Shown here piece by piece: positions 1-8,050 of a stretch of DNA of 40,326 nt. How positions within the stretch are numbered: the first letter of the stretch is position 1; each line of letters begins with the position of its first letter. Location of the stretch: positions 1-40,326 of IMG/VR virus record IMGVR_UViG_3300040971_000158; one strand, written 5' to 3'. The notes beneath the pieces are model-generated. The model worked only from the letters and a program-made list of their open reading frames with translations, ran no database searches and had not been told where the DNA came from. The position numbers and the translations under genes were made by a program. This DNA is from a virus. Lineage: Duplodnaviria; Caudoviricetes.

Positions 1-118
1 CCGGCATTTGGCCCGCGCCTGATTTTTACAATTGGTTTGCTTACGGTCAGCATCAGAGTCATTGTTGTGTCTCCGTGAAAGATTTTGTTCGACGCTTGGG
101 GGCAGCCGGTCGATCAGC
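1..118 (+). repeat. Terminal direct repeat, copy 1 (circularisation overlap)
   Basis: Identical to 40209-40326. Confidence 0.97.
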
Positions 119-499
119 TGATCCATTGGACGCCCGCACGAATGTGTCATGGTTGTTGATGGATACGGTCAGATCATTGATCTGCTCAACCAGTTTTGTA
201 AGCACGGCGCTATTGCGCTGGTCGTTGGTTATCCACTGCTCTTGCATATTCCTGAGAAATAATTGCCACTGTTGGTCTCGCTGCTTGGCTTGTTCGGCTT
301 CCCAGACTCTCTGTTTATCACGCTCAATCTCGCGTTTGGAATCTTGCTGCTCGCGCTCTGCTGCCCGTAAGGCCTCTTGTTTTTCCTGCCAGGCGAGCAA
401 ATCTTTCCAAAATTTGTAGAGCGCGCCTGCAATCAAAACCGTTGCAAGGACCAGCACAGCGACTATTTGGAACTGTAACCAGACATCACTCGACGGCAT
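59..499 (-). CDS. Single-TM coiled-coil membrane protein (holin/lysis-associated candidate)
   Basis: N-terminal hydrophobic helix IVAVLVLATVLIAGALYKF followed by a Q/E/R-rich coiled coil; second gene of the late operon. Confidence 0.6.
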   Translation of the reverse strand: MPSSDVWLQFQIVAVLVLATVLIAGALYKFWKDLLAWQEKQEALRAAEREQQDSKREIERDKQRVWEAEQAKQRDQQWQLFLRNMQEQWITNDQRNSAVLTKLVEQINDLTVSINNHDTFVRASNGSADRPAAPKRRTKSFTETQQ

Positions 500-505
500 G
501 GCGGG

Positions 506-916
506 CTACCCGTTAAGTAGTTTGTTCTCAATGCGTTCGATAACCTGCTTTGAGAGCGCGTTGTAGATGATGGTGGCGCTGCCGGTCATGGCCAGGGCAT
601 ACGGGCCCATCTCGGCGAATAAAACGGCCAGTTGTTCTGTATAAGCTGCCGGGTCGCCAGTCCAGACCGGGAAACCGGCTGCCGGTTGGTTGGCTGCCAG
701 TGCAATGGCAAAAGCCGCTGCATAAACCAGCATGGTCACCCAGCCGCGCCCCACAGGCTTGCCCAGGGCCTTGTAGACCAGGTTGATCAAAGCTGCCATT
801 ACCACCGCAACAATACTGATTAGCGACGCGTTGAAGTCGCTGACTGTCAGCACGCCTGCAGCTGTAAGGACCAGCGCGATTTGTTTCCAATCAAGCTTTT
901 TCAAAAATGCAACCAT
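506..916 (-). CDS. Multi-TM membrane protein, putative holin
   Basis: 3-4 hydrophobic segments. GGAGG RBS 6 nt upstream of the ATG at 916; the ORF-track start at 994 lies inside the leader hairpins. Confidence 0.6.
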   Translation of the reverse strand: MVAFLKKLDWKQIALVLTAAGVLTVSDFNASLISIVAVVMAALINLVYKALGKPVGRGWVTMLVYAAAFAIALAANQPAAGFPVWTGDPAAYTEQLAVLFAEMGPYALAMTGSATIIYNALSKQVIERIENKLLNG

Positions 917-935
917 CTCTACCTCCATTTGGCTT

Positions 936-968
936 AAACGAAAAACCCGGCACCAAATCGGTGCCGGG
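936..968 (-). terminator. Intrinsic terminator-like hairpin in the late-operon leader
   Basis: Perfect 9-bp stem CCCGGCACC/GGTGCCGGG with a 5-nt loop, followed on the minus strand by TTTTTCGTTT. Confidence 0.65.
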
Positions 969-1027
969 CGCTCAACTCCGGGATGCCAACGCAACGTCGT
1001 CGGCTTGCTAAATTAACTACTTATTAA

Positions 1028-1055
1028 ATTTTAACAGCATTCTCGAAAAAGTCAA
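1028..1055 (-). promoter_or_regulatory. Sigma70-type promoter upstream of the late operon
   Basis: TTGACT-16 nt-TAAAAT with extended -10 TGn, and an AT-rich upstream tract (1056-1100). Confidence 0.65.
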
Positions 1056-1099
1056 TACTTTATATAGTTATTTTTATTATCTTAAATATATAAAATATT

Positions 1100-1650
1100 G
1101 CAAGGTAATGGTGGTGGTGGTTTGGTTTGGTGGTTGTTTTTCGGGTTGTCTGGCTGGTGTTCGAAGGGGAGTAACCGGGGCAAAATCCACTTGGGGGCAA
1201 AATCCGGGGGTATAGGGGTTCAGGATGAGTCATCCGCTTCAACTGGATTATGCCCATCGTAAAACGGCATTTTCGACCGTATATGCGGGCCGTACCGCCA
1301 GAGATCGGCGGCATTCGCCCACCTATGGCGGTTGGCATTCTGAAGACAACCCGGCCATTTTCTCGAAGTGGATTCTGCCCACCACCTCGAAGTGGATTTT
1401 GCCCTGGCGGTAGAGCGGCCAGTAGAGCGTCTGGTAGAACGATACGCAATAGGCCTGTTTGAGTGGCCTAAAATAGATCAAGTGGCCTAAATTCCCAGGG
1501 TGGCCTAAAATCGAAAGTTTGCGAAAAGACTTAAGCCCGTCCCAATTTACGCCGGCGAAAAACCCTTTTTGGGCCTGTTTTTGGAGTTTTTCGCAGGAAT
1601 GTACCATTTTTCGCAGACTTGAATCGGGGTTTTTCGCGGTCCGCGAAAAT
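1100..1650. repeat. Non-coding multi-repeat control region
   Basis: GGGCAAAATCC(ACTT) at 1178 and 1195, inverted at 1366-1380 and 1390-1404; GTAGARCG x3 (1410, 1422, 1434); GTGGCCTAAA x3 (1463, 1482, 1500); several TTTTCGC copies including the palindrome at 1631-1649. Confidence 0.8.
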
Positions 1651-1651
1651 A

Positions 1652-1681
1652 TAAAAGAGACCTGCCATCAGGCAGGTCTCT
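1652..1681 (-). terminator. Intrinsic terminator ending the early operon
   Basis: 11-bp stem AGAGACCTGCC/GGCAGGTCTCT with a 4-nt loop and T-tract on the minus strand, about 20 nt after the DUF5131 stop. Confidence 0.8.
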
Positions 1682-1702
1682 GATTTTCTAACAGTTTTTT
1701 TC

Positions 1703-2680
1703 TTAGCCATTTGGCACTTCCCGCCATTCCTGCCCATCCAATTGATGACCAGACTTTCCCCTACCAACCCGCGCCATAAACCAGGGATTGGTGCTCGGCA
1801 TGGGCTGGTGGCCACACCAGAATTCTTCACCACGCTGGCCCGACTCGGAGAAAATATAGCCATCGTTGCCCAGACACATTTCGCGATACTGGCTGTACTG
1901 GTCGAGCTCGAACGCCAGGTCATCATCGCCATACTGCGCAACGATCGGCATCCACTCACCCCACTGCTTGAAGAAAAACGGGATCTCATACGCGCGAGAA
2001 AATTCACGCGCTCGTCGAGCCCAATCCGGGTGCATCGGCCTGGCCCCGTGCCCGCTCTCCCCGCCGCAGATCAGCCAGTCCAGAAATTCCCAACCGCCCC
2101 AGCGTACCGGGCCCAGAGCAGGCTCATAGCTGACCATTGTCCGCCATCCCAGCGCGGAAAGCTGCTTCATCGGCAGCAAACGTTCATCGGCTCGTCGATG
2201 ATTTTCAACACTGGCCCCAAGGATCACATTTTTCAACGGGCTGCGCGTCAGAACAAAGCTCAGCATGTTTTGGGGTCTCTTGGTCAAAACCACAAAATCA
2301 ATATCCTGACGGGCTTCGATGACCTCGAAGGTGTTGACAATAAACGGATGGAAGACCCAATCCCCGAAAATATCGGTCATGTCGTGGATAAATAGTATCG
2401 GCCGTTCCCGCCCGTTTTTGAAGGGTCCCTTTATTTTGAAGTTAAGAAGGCGCGTCTGCTCGGCATCATCCCAGAACAGGTTCGCCTGCGCCAGGTTGGG
2501 CAGTGTATAGGCCAGGCCGGTGCCCAGTCTCACGTTAAACGTGCTGGCCCAGCAGTGCGCGCAGCCCTCGCTGTGTCGCACGCAGGCATAACCGCGCCGC
2601 AACTTATCGCCATCCAGGAAGGTCGCCTTCAGGGGGTTCGAAACATAATCGCACCACTCAATCTTGGTTTTTGTTGGCAT
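1703..2680 (-). CDS. Phage Gp37/Gp68 (DUF5131) family radical-SAM-like protein
   Basis: TKIEWCD start, CVRHSEGCAHCWA three-Cys motif, LTKRP, GASVEN, SYEPALG, WLICGGESG..ARPMHPDW, FFFKQWGEW, LDG..W.E.P. Confidence 0.93.
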   Translation of the reverse strand: MPTKTKIEWCDYVSNPLKATFLDGDKLRRGYACVRHSEGCAHCWASTFNVRLGTGLAYTLPNLAQANLFWDDAEQTRLLNFKIKGPFKNGRERPILFIHDMTDIFGDWVFHPFIVNTFEVIEARQDIDFVVLTKRPQNMLSFVLTRSPLKNVILGASVENHRRADERLLPMKQLSALGWRTMVSYEPALGPVRWGGWEFLDWLICGGESGHGARPMHPDWARRAREFSRAYEIPFFFKQWGEWMPIVAQYGDDDLAFELDQYSQYREMCLGNDGYIFSESGQRGEEFWCGHQPMPSTNPWFMARVGRGKSGHQLDGQEWREVPNG

Positions 2681-2682
2681 CT

Positions 2683-4071
2683 TTATCTACCTTTCTCCAT
2701 GCAAAATACTGTTTCCCAATCAATGTGCGGTGAACCTTTTTTCTCAGCCAGACGCCGAAAGAAAGATTTGCTTTCGGTAATATGCTGAACCTGTTCACCT
2801 TCGAAATTCAAACTTGTGCCGTGGTGCTTGACCAACATAGCGTGATGCTCATGGAGCGAGATAAAACCAACCGCCTCGCACAATTCGCGCCACTGGTCGC
2901 AAAAAGCAACGCGCTGTTTATTTTTGACATAATCCTTGACAACCCAAATAGCATGACCGCCAGGTTGCAGCACCTCGTAAACCTGTTCGATGATGGCCCG
3001 CGCAGAAAACCAAAAGTCATCTGCTGACCCATTAGTCAATTGACCGATATTTTCCCCATAGCTTTTGGCTGCATTGTTTCCTGCACTATGGCGTTTTATC
3101 AGATCAGGATCCATCCCTTTGGATGCCTTCGTTCCGCCTTCAGATTGCAAAAATGGTGGGCTGCTGATGGCAGCCTGAAAACCGGCATCCGTAGAACGCA
3201 TGGCTCCAAGCTGACCTGATGATTCGCCATAATTTCCATCACCGGTATAGTTACGAAATAAATCATTGAGATTGGATCCACCGGGCGCATTTCTTGTTTC
3301 GGCGTAGGGTGGGCTGGACAAGGCGCAAGTCAGGCCAACACCAAATAAATTGCCGCCCTTGATATGGGATGGATCGCTATCATTCCCGCCGTTGTGCGCG
3401 CACCCGTCTGCATAGGGCGGCGATGAAACTACTGCATAACCTTGATTTCGCTTGCCGATCTTTTCCATATCAATCACTGATACATTGGCAGCATTACTGA
3501 TTCCATGTTCGCGCGCAAACATGGTGCGTTCATTCGGATCAACCCTATCAGCGCTCAGAGAATCAGAAAATGGCGGGCTTGAAATGCAGGCATAGGCCTG
3601 TCCGCGATTAACACGAAGCTTCCCGGCATCCTGACCTTGAATTCCTGAAACTAAAGGGCTGTCTGTGTATGGCGGGCTGGAAACGACCACATTGCCCGCA
3701 GCCAATATCTCGACCAGGTTGCGGGAATCTCCCTGAAGGAGTAAGGCATCACCAGACCATTTTGGCATCGATGCAAAACGCTGGTTCCAGAGTGCAATGT
3801 TTTGATTGCCGATATCAGCAAAGTGGCCTTCGAGTTCAACGCCCCGCCAGGCCAGACCAAGACGCATCGCATCCATCGCCCCTAGAGCAATCCCGCCAAA
3901 GGGGTCAACGATGACATCGCCTGGTTGAATCCAGCCTTCCTCAGCGATATGCTCATAAATCCTTTGAATCAGCCTGCTGGAGAACTTAGCTGGATGCTGG
4001 AAAGCCTCCGGGACAATTTTTCCTTTCCAGTTTGATGGATAACAGTTATTCCATATAGATTTTTCCATCAC
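2683..4071 (-). CDS. DNA amino (N4-C/N6-A) methyltransferase with five repeated SPPY/F motifs
   Basis: HPAKF, SAM-binding VDPFGGIALG, GVELE, GDSR, SSPPY/F x5, VYEVLQPGG. Confidence 0.85.
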   Translation of the reverse strand: MMEKSIWNNCYPSNWKGKIVPEAFQHPAKFSSRLIQRIYEHIAEEGWIQPGDVIVDPFGGIALGAMDAMRLGLAWRGVELEGHFADIGNQNIALWNQRFASMPKWSGDALLLQGDSRNLVEILAAGNVVVSSPPYTDSPLVSGIQGQDAGKLRVNRGQAYACISSPPFSDSLSADRVDPNERTMFAREHGISNAANVSVIDMEKIGKRNQGYAVVSSPPYADGCAHNGGNDSDPSHIKGGNLFGVGLTCALSSPPYAETRNAPGGSNLNDLFRNYTGDGNYGESSGQLGAMRSTDAGFQAAISSPPFLQSEGGTKASKGMDPDLIKRHSAGNNAAKSYGENIGQLTNGSADDFWFSARAIIEQVYEVLQPGGHAIWVVKDYVKNKQRVAFCDQWRELCEAVGFISLHEHHAMLVKHHGTSLNFEGEQVQHITESKSFFRRLAEKKGSPHIDWETVFCMEKGR

Positions 4072-4235
4072 TTACCTGCCTTTCTAACCGCATACCGCGA
4101 AGTCAAAACCTTGAAACCGTCCGCGAACTCCACCAAAATGGAGTTCATCCGCCCGCGCGCCAACACCCGGCACGCCTGACCTTTGCGCTCTGGCAATCGG
4201 CTGCGCCAAAACCAAACATACGCATAGTTCATCAT
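4068..4235 (-). CDS. Small basic phage protein (55 aa)
   Basis: MMNYAYVWFWRSRLPERKGQACRVLARGRMNSILVEFADGF...; ATGA coupling to both neighbours. Confidence 0.7.
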   Translation of the reverse strand: MMNYAYVWFWRSRLPERKGQACRVLARGRMNSILVEFADGFKVLTSRYAVRKAGK

Positions 4236-4690
4236 CCACCTCCCCATTCCCACAAAGAGAGCGCACCTTTGGCGGGCACTGGTTCTGGCAACATCACAAC
4301 GTTGTCGAGAAGCCACATATAGCGCCCCATCGAATAATCGCCAAAAGCATGTTCCCGAGCGTTCAATAACCACAAACCTTTGCGGCGGGCGAAAGCACTA
4401 CAGGCCGGGAAAGGCGTCAGCTCATCAATTTTCTTTATATGCACCAGCTCGCAAGTAGCAACGATGACCCCGCGCGGCAAATTATCCAACTCCATAAAAT
4501 TGGCGGCCTCAAGTGCAGAGACAAAAGGCTCTTCGAAGCAAATATCTTTTGCCGATGTTGGCCAACCCTTCGCGGCATGAATGGCCAGCGGACCGCGATA
4601 ACTGGTATTCCATGAACGGGTTTCGATTTGCTTTGCTCCAATGGCCACCAATGTGGCCCAGGGCTGAGTAAGCGTTAGTGCTTTCATCAC
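4232..4690 (-). CDS. ASCH domain protein
   Basis: KALTLTQPWATLVAIGAKQIETRSW.T.YRGPLAIHA and C-terminal P.PAKGALSLW signatures. Confidence 0.92.
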   Translation of the reverse strand: MMKALTLTQPWATLVAIGAKQIETRSWNTSYRGPLAIHAAKGWPTSAKDICFEEPFVSALEAANFMELDNLPRGVIVATCELVHIKKIDELTPFPACSAFARRKGLWLLNAREHAFGDYSMGRYMWLLDNVVMLPEPVPAKGALSLWEWGGG

Positions 4691-4696
4691 TTCCTC

Positions 4697-4954
4697 CTAT
4701 TCAAAAACAGCTTTACGAGAATATCGCTGACGCCTGGCCGATTCGTGCCAATCGACCAGCTCGCCACAGATCGAGCATCTGATCCGGTACCCGACCGGGA
4801 ACAAACCGAGCACATCCACCGGCTCCGGGCAATCCGCCGAATAGTCAATGGCCAGGCGAAACAATTCCAGGATCTCGCCATTGTTGGTCTGTAACATGCG
4901 TCCCAATACATGTTGCTGGCTGCATTTTTTATCGCCGATTATTTTTTGATCCAT
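4697..4954 (-). CDS. Hypothetical protein, possible zinc ribbon
   Basis: GAGGAG RBS before MDQKIIG; CxxxH and CSICG motifs. Confidence 0.6.
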   Translation of the reverse strand: MDQKIIGDKKCSQQHVLGRMLQTNNGEILELFRLAIDYSADCPEPVDVLGLFPVGYRIRCSICGELVDWHESARRQRYSRKAVFE

Positions 4955-5241
4955 TTTCGGTACTCCTCGTCGAAAACCTGCATTCCGCCACGGCAAACAG
5001 CTACATGGCCATCTGGCACCCACGCCGCGCGGATCAACGTGATTTTCTTCAGTTCAACAAATTCTTCAGCGCCGGTCGGAATCTCCCGAACAAATGCATA
5101 AGCGGGGTCTTTGCCGGTTTGCAGCGCAAAATCTTCCGCAGCGGAAAGAATGATCTTTGAAACCTTCGCGCCTGGCTCGATCTTCGCCATAATCATCGGC
5201 CAAGTGGAGATGTCAAACCGGATGTTAGCCAATGGCTGCAT
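4939..5241 (-). CDS. Hypothetical protein, distant paralogue of 5225-5470
   Basis: GGAGG RBS before MQPLANI; AAEDFALQTGKDP and VPDGHVAV align with the neighbouring protein. Confidence 0.65.
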   Translation of the reverse strand: MQPLANIRFDISTWPMIMAKIEPGAKVSKIILSAAEDFALQTGKDPAYAFVREIPTGAEEFVELKKITLIRAAWVPDGHVAVCRGGMQVFDEEYRKWIKK

Positions 5242-5470
5242 CTTGTTTCTCCTCCAGTCCAATCCACAGATGTCCGGGAGTAACCGTCCGCCAGGGACGA
5301 ACCGTCACTGCCCCGGCCTGGTGCTGGGCCTCAGCCAACATCGAAGGATGCACCAGGCAGGTATCCGGCGTCTGGCCATACTTTTTGGCGAAGTATTCCG
5401 CGGCGGTCTGCACCTTCAGGTCGAGCGCCGTCTTGGGGTCGTTATCAAACCAAAGCATTCCTGTTTTCAT
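5225..5470 (-). CDS. Conserved hypothetical protein (family I associate with Anaerolineae)
   Basis: GMLWFDNDPKT...AAEYFAKKYGQTPDTCLVHP...PGHLWIG; translationally coupled to the upstream gene. Confidence 0.7.
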   Translation of the reverse strand: MKTGMLWFDNDPKTALDLKVQTAAEYFAKKYGQTPDTCLVHPSMLAEAQHQAGAVTVRPWRTVTPGHLWIGLEEKQDAAIG

Positions 5471-5805
5471 CGATTCGCCTCCATCGAAAATAACTTCAAC
5501 TGAATAATCGATTGCTTATTTTCTTGCTCTACTTTCCGTGCTTCCGCTGAAACAATCTTTGCTCGTTCCTGGGCATCTAATTCTGTCTCTACTGCAAGCA
5601 TGGCACCCTCAAGCTTTTCATGCACACCACTGGCAAACTGATCACGTTTCTCGATGCGCCAACGAAATGTATTTTCCTTATCGCCTGGATAATTTCGATG
5701 AATAGTGGCAACCAAATCATCTCTACGCCCATAGGAGATGTATAAAAGCCAGTGCTCACCTGGATGAACAGTATTTTCTCGCCAGGTCAATGGATAATCA
5801 CTCAT
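5467..5805 (-). CDS. Hypothetical protein
   Basis: Fills the operon with overlapping start and stop codons. Confidence 0.65.
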   Translation of the reverse strand: MSDYPLTWRENTVHPGEHWLLYISYGRRDDLVATIHRNYPGDKENTFRWRIEKRDQFASGVHEKLEGAMLAVETELDAQERAKIVSAEARKVEQENKQSIIQLKLFSMEANR

Positions 5806-6679
5806 TCAACACCAACCCTTCTGGAAATTCTTTTTTCGCATTCTTCAACCAATTTCCGCCAGTCTTCAGCGGCACCCCGTAAAGTTCAGAAACTTGCTCT
5901 GCACTTTCCAAACTGGCAATAATCTTCTTCTCACTTTCCGGAACTTTCCGCCAGTCTTTCCACTTGCCAAAAGTTTCTGGAAGTTTCTGCCCGCCATCGG
6001 TAAGTTTCTTAGAACTTTCCGCGTTTTCTGCGAAAGTTCCGGCAAGTTTCCGCGATTTTTCTTCAAGTTTTATCAGTTTCAACTCGTGCGCCTGGCGCTG
6101 TTTTTCAGCTTCCATCTGAAGCTCAAACTCGATTTTTTCTTTCTCGATCTGCCAGGCATGGGCCCGCTCTTCGCGCTCGATCTCATCCTGGCGAGCTTTA
6201 GCTGCTGTTTCCATCTCGTCATTGCGGGCCTGAACCTGCTCCAATGCTGCCAGGGTTTTGCTCATCTGGTTACGCAGGGCTACCATCAGCCCGCCCAAAA
6301 GGCCAAACGAAGCCATCAAAGCTTTAGTAACCTTTACCAGCACCTCGCCAGTATCCAGCAACGAGTTGACCGATACCACTACAAACAGATACGTCACCGT
6401 GCCGCCAAACGCCACCCAGACCAATCCCTGGCTGATCCGTGGCGCATCCCAGCGCTGCATCTGCGCAACCTGTCCATCCTGGTAAAGTTCCAAAAGATCG
6501 AGCGTCGTGGTGATCGTGACAAATCCAATGGCTTCGACTACCACCGCGATCAGCACGGCCTGCCATAATTCATATCCCAAGACAAGATAGGCGTTCTGGC
6601 CTGTCATTGTCGCAGGCACCAGTCCACCGAGCCACGGCAGCACCATTGCCACCCGATCAACGTAAGTCGACTTATCCAT
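5798..6679 (-). CDS. Membrane protein with 3-4 TMs, coiled coil and C-terminal HTH (SpdB/DUF2637-like architecture)
   Basis: Hydrophobic helices, E/K/Q coiled coil, repeat-encoded linker, SAEQVSELYGVPLKTGGNWLK HTH-like end; directly follows the FtsK gene. Confidence 0.7.
   Translation of the reverse strand: MDKSTYVDRVAMVLPWLGGLVPATMTGQNAYLVLGYELWQAVLIAVVVEAIGFVTITTTLDLLELYQDGQVAQMQRWDAPRISQGLVWVAFGGTVTYLFVVVSVNSLLDTGEVLVKVTKALMASFGLLGGLMVALRNQMSKTLAALEQVQARNDEMETAAKARQDEIEREERAHAWQIEKEKIEFELQMEAEKQRQAHELKLIKLEEKSRKLAGTFAENAESSKKLTDGGQKLPETFGKWKDWRKVPESEKKIIASLESAEQVSELYGVPLKTGGNWLKNAKKEFPEGLVLNE
5900..6075. repeat. Short repeat cluster (AAGTTTC / ACTTTCC / GAAAGTTCC) inside the Spd-like gene
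   Basis: AAGTTTC at 5971, 5981, 6002, 6044; several ACTTTCC copies; GGAACTTTC at 5941 inverted relative to GAAAGTTCC at 6032. Confidence 0.65.
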
Positions 6680-8048
6680 TTACCCGCTCCTCGGCGTCCA
6701 AACCGCCCTGGACGTCCAAACCCGTCCGAACCGCGTCCAAACCCCCGTCCAGACCGTCCAAACCGGTGTCCAGACCGTCCGAACCGGCGTCCAGACCGCT
6801 CTCGACCAGGCACAGCGCGTTATCACGATCCGGGCGCATCTGGGCCAGCCCACGCGTCTGCCAGTCGTCACGCATCCGCCTGGCAGCCCGTTCAGGCATT
6901 CCGTAAGCCTGCAAAGCGGTCAAGGTCATCTTGCCGTCGTAGTGATCGCGCAGATAGGCCGCCAGGCGTTCTTCGGCCTCTGTCATGCCACTGGCGTTGC
7001 CCGCCCCGATCGCCTGCTTGTCCATGTAATAAACCTGCATCGCTCCCCAGCGATTGGTCAACGCTCGGCCCTTATGATCCAGCAACTCAGCGCCAGCCCG
7101 TCCCAAAATCATGCGGGATGTGGCCGCATTCGCCACCCGGAAACAAACTCGGGTTGTCATCTGCTCACGCACCGGCCCGACGATGTCCTTTGAAAAATCC
7201 TGCCCGGCCAGGGTCAGATACACCCCATATTTTGCCGCGCCCCAAACCAACCGTGTGGCGGCTTTGGCGAAACTCCCGCCCGGGCCGCCCAGGGCCATTA
7301 CGGCGCCGTTGAATTCGTCCAGGATCGCCAGGATGGGCGGCAGCGGAGTGATGGCCTGCTGGTTGTACTCATCGAGCGTATCCGGCTCATCGCTGACCTG
7401 GCTGAACAGCCTTGACCGCTGGTTGACCAGTTCCTGGATCTGCCCCAACGCCTGGTTGCACTGATCCAGGGTTTTCGCAACCGGGAAGACCAGAGCCTCG
7501 TCGCCGCTGAATTTGCCAAACGTGCGCCCCGCATCTGGGTCACACAGGGCCAGTTGCCAGCCTTCCGCGCGCGCCTGCTCGGCGATCAGCCGTAAGAAAT
7601 TGCTTTTGCCGTAGCGGGTGATGCCGGCAACCAGCATGTGGCCCATCTCAGTCCAGGGCATTTCCACCGCCTGGCCGCGGCCATTGACGCCCAACTGCAG
7701 CATCCCTTTTTTCCAGCCTTTGTACTCGACCATGTCTGGCCAGCTTGGTTTTTCGCTCAATAAAATTCCGTAGCGCAGGCCGGTATGGTTGCTCAGGATG
7801 ACCGGCATCCCGCGCAGGCTCGATGAAAGCCGGTGTGCGGCCGCTTCATACGGCTCATACTTCGGCAAACGGCGGTCATCGAGCACCGCGAACAACCACA
7901 CCGCGCCCCGGCTGGTGCGCGTCAGCACCCAGCGCGCAATCATCTGGTCATCTGTGCCGCTGTTGGCTGCCAGGACCGTCTGCACGATAAGGGATACATG
8001 CGCGGCTTTTTCGTAATATCGGCGTTTCCAATCCACTTGAATCTGCAT
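6672..8048 (-). CDS. FtsK/SpoIIIE (TraB-like) DNA translocase
   Basis: GHMLVAGITRYGKS Walker A, ILAILDEF Walker B, GVYLTLAGQ, RVCFRV...SRMILG..GAELL...GR, and a gamma-domain-like MTLTALQAYGMPERAARRMRDDWQTRGL. Confidence 0.9.
   Translation of the reverse strand: MQIQVDWKRRYYEKAAHVSLIVQTVLAANSGTDDQMIARWVLTRTSRGAVWLFAVLDDRRLPKYEPYEAAAHRLSSSLRGMPVILSNHTGLRYGILLSEKPSWPDMVEYKGWKKGMLQLGVNGRGQAVEMPWTEMGHMLVAGITRYGKSNFLRLIAEQARAEGWQLALCDPDAGRTFGKFSGDEALVFPVAKTLDQCNQALGQIQELVNQRSRLFSQVSDEPDTLDEYNQQAITPLPPILAILDEFNGAVMALGGPGGSFAKAATRLVWGAAKYGVYLTLAGQDFSKDIVGPVREQMTTRVCFRVANAATSRMILGRAGAELLDHKGRALTNRWGAMQVYYMDKQAIGAGNASGMTEAEERLAAYLRDHYDGKMTLTALQAYGMPERAARRMRDDWQTRGLAQMRPDRDNALCLVESGLDAGSDGLDTGLDGLDGGLDAVRTGLDVQGGLDAEERVNG
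6696..6797 (+). repeat. Nine direct repeats of GTCCRRACC (clt/TRS-like array)
   Basis: Copies start at 6696, 6714, 6724, 6735, 6747, 6756, 6768, 6777, 6789. Confidence 0.9.
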
Positions 8049-8050
8049 GG

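Noticed and set aside
1-118. Terminal repeat as a biological DTR or att duplication
   Set aside because: It cuts through coding sequence and is best explained as assembler overlap of a circular contig; it does not show the physical genome ends.
1060-1449. Lambda O-like replication initiator (GQNPLR repeats, Thr/His run)
   Set aside because: No RBS or HTH, it lies downstream of a terminator, and the peptide repeats simply reflect DNA repeats present in both orientations. A decayed remnant cannot be excluded.
6696-6797. CRISPR mini-array
   Set aside because: Repeats are 9 bp with 0-9 bp gaps, no spacer-length uniques, and no cas genes.
6672-8048. FtsK-like protein as the genome-packaging ATPase
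   Set aside because: A canonical TerL, TerS and portal are present, and the gene lies in the early region among membrane proteins.
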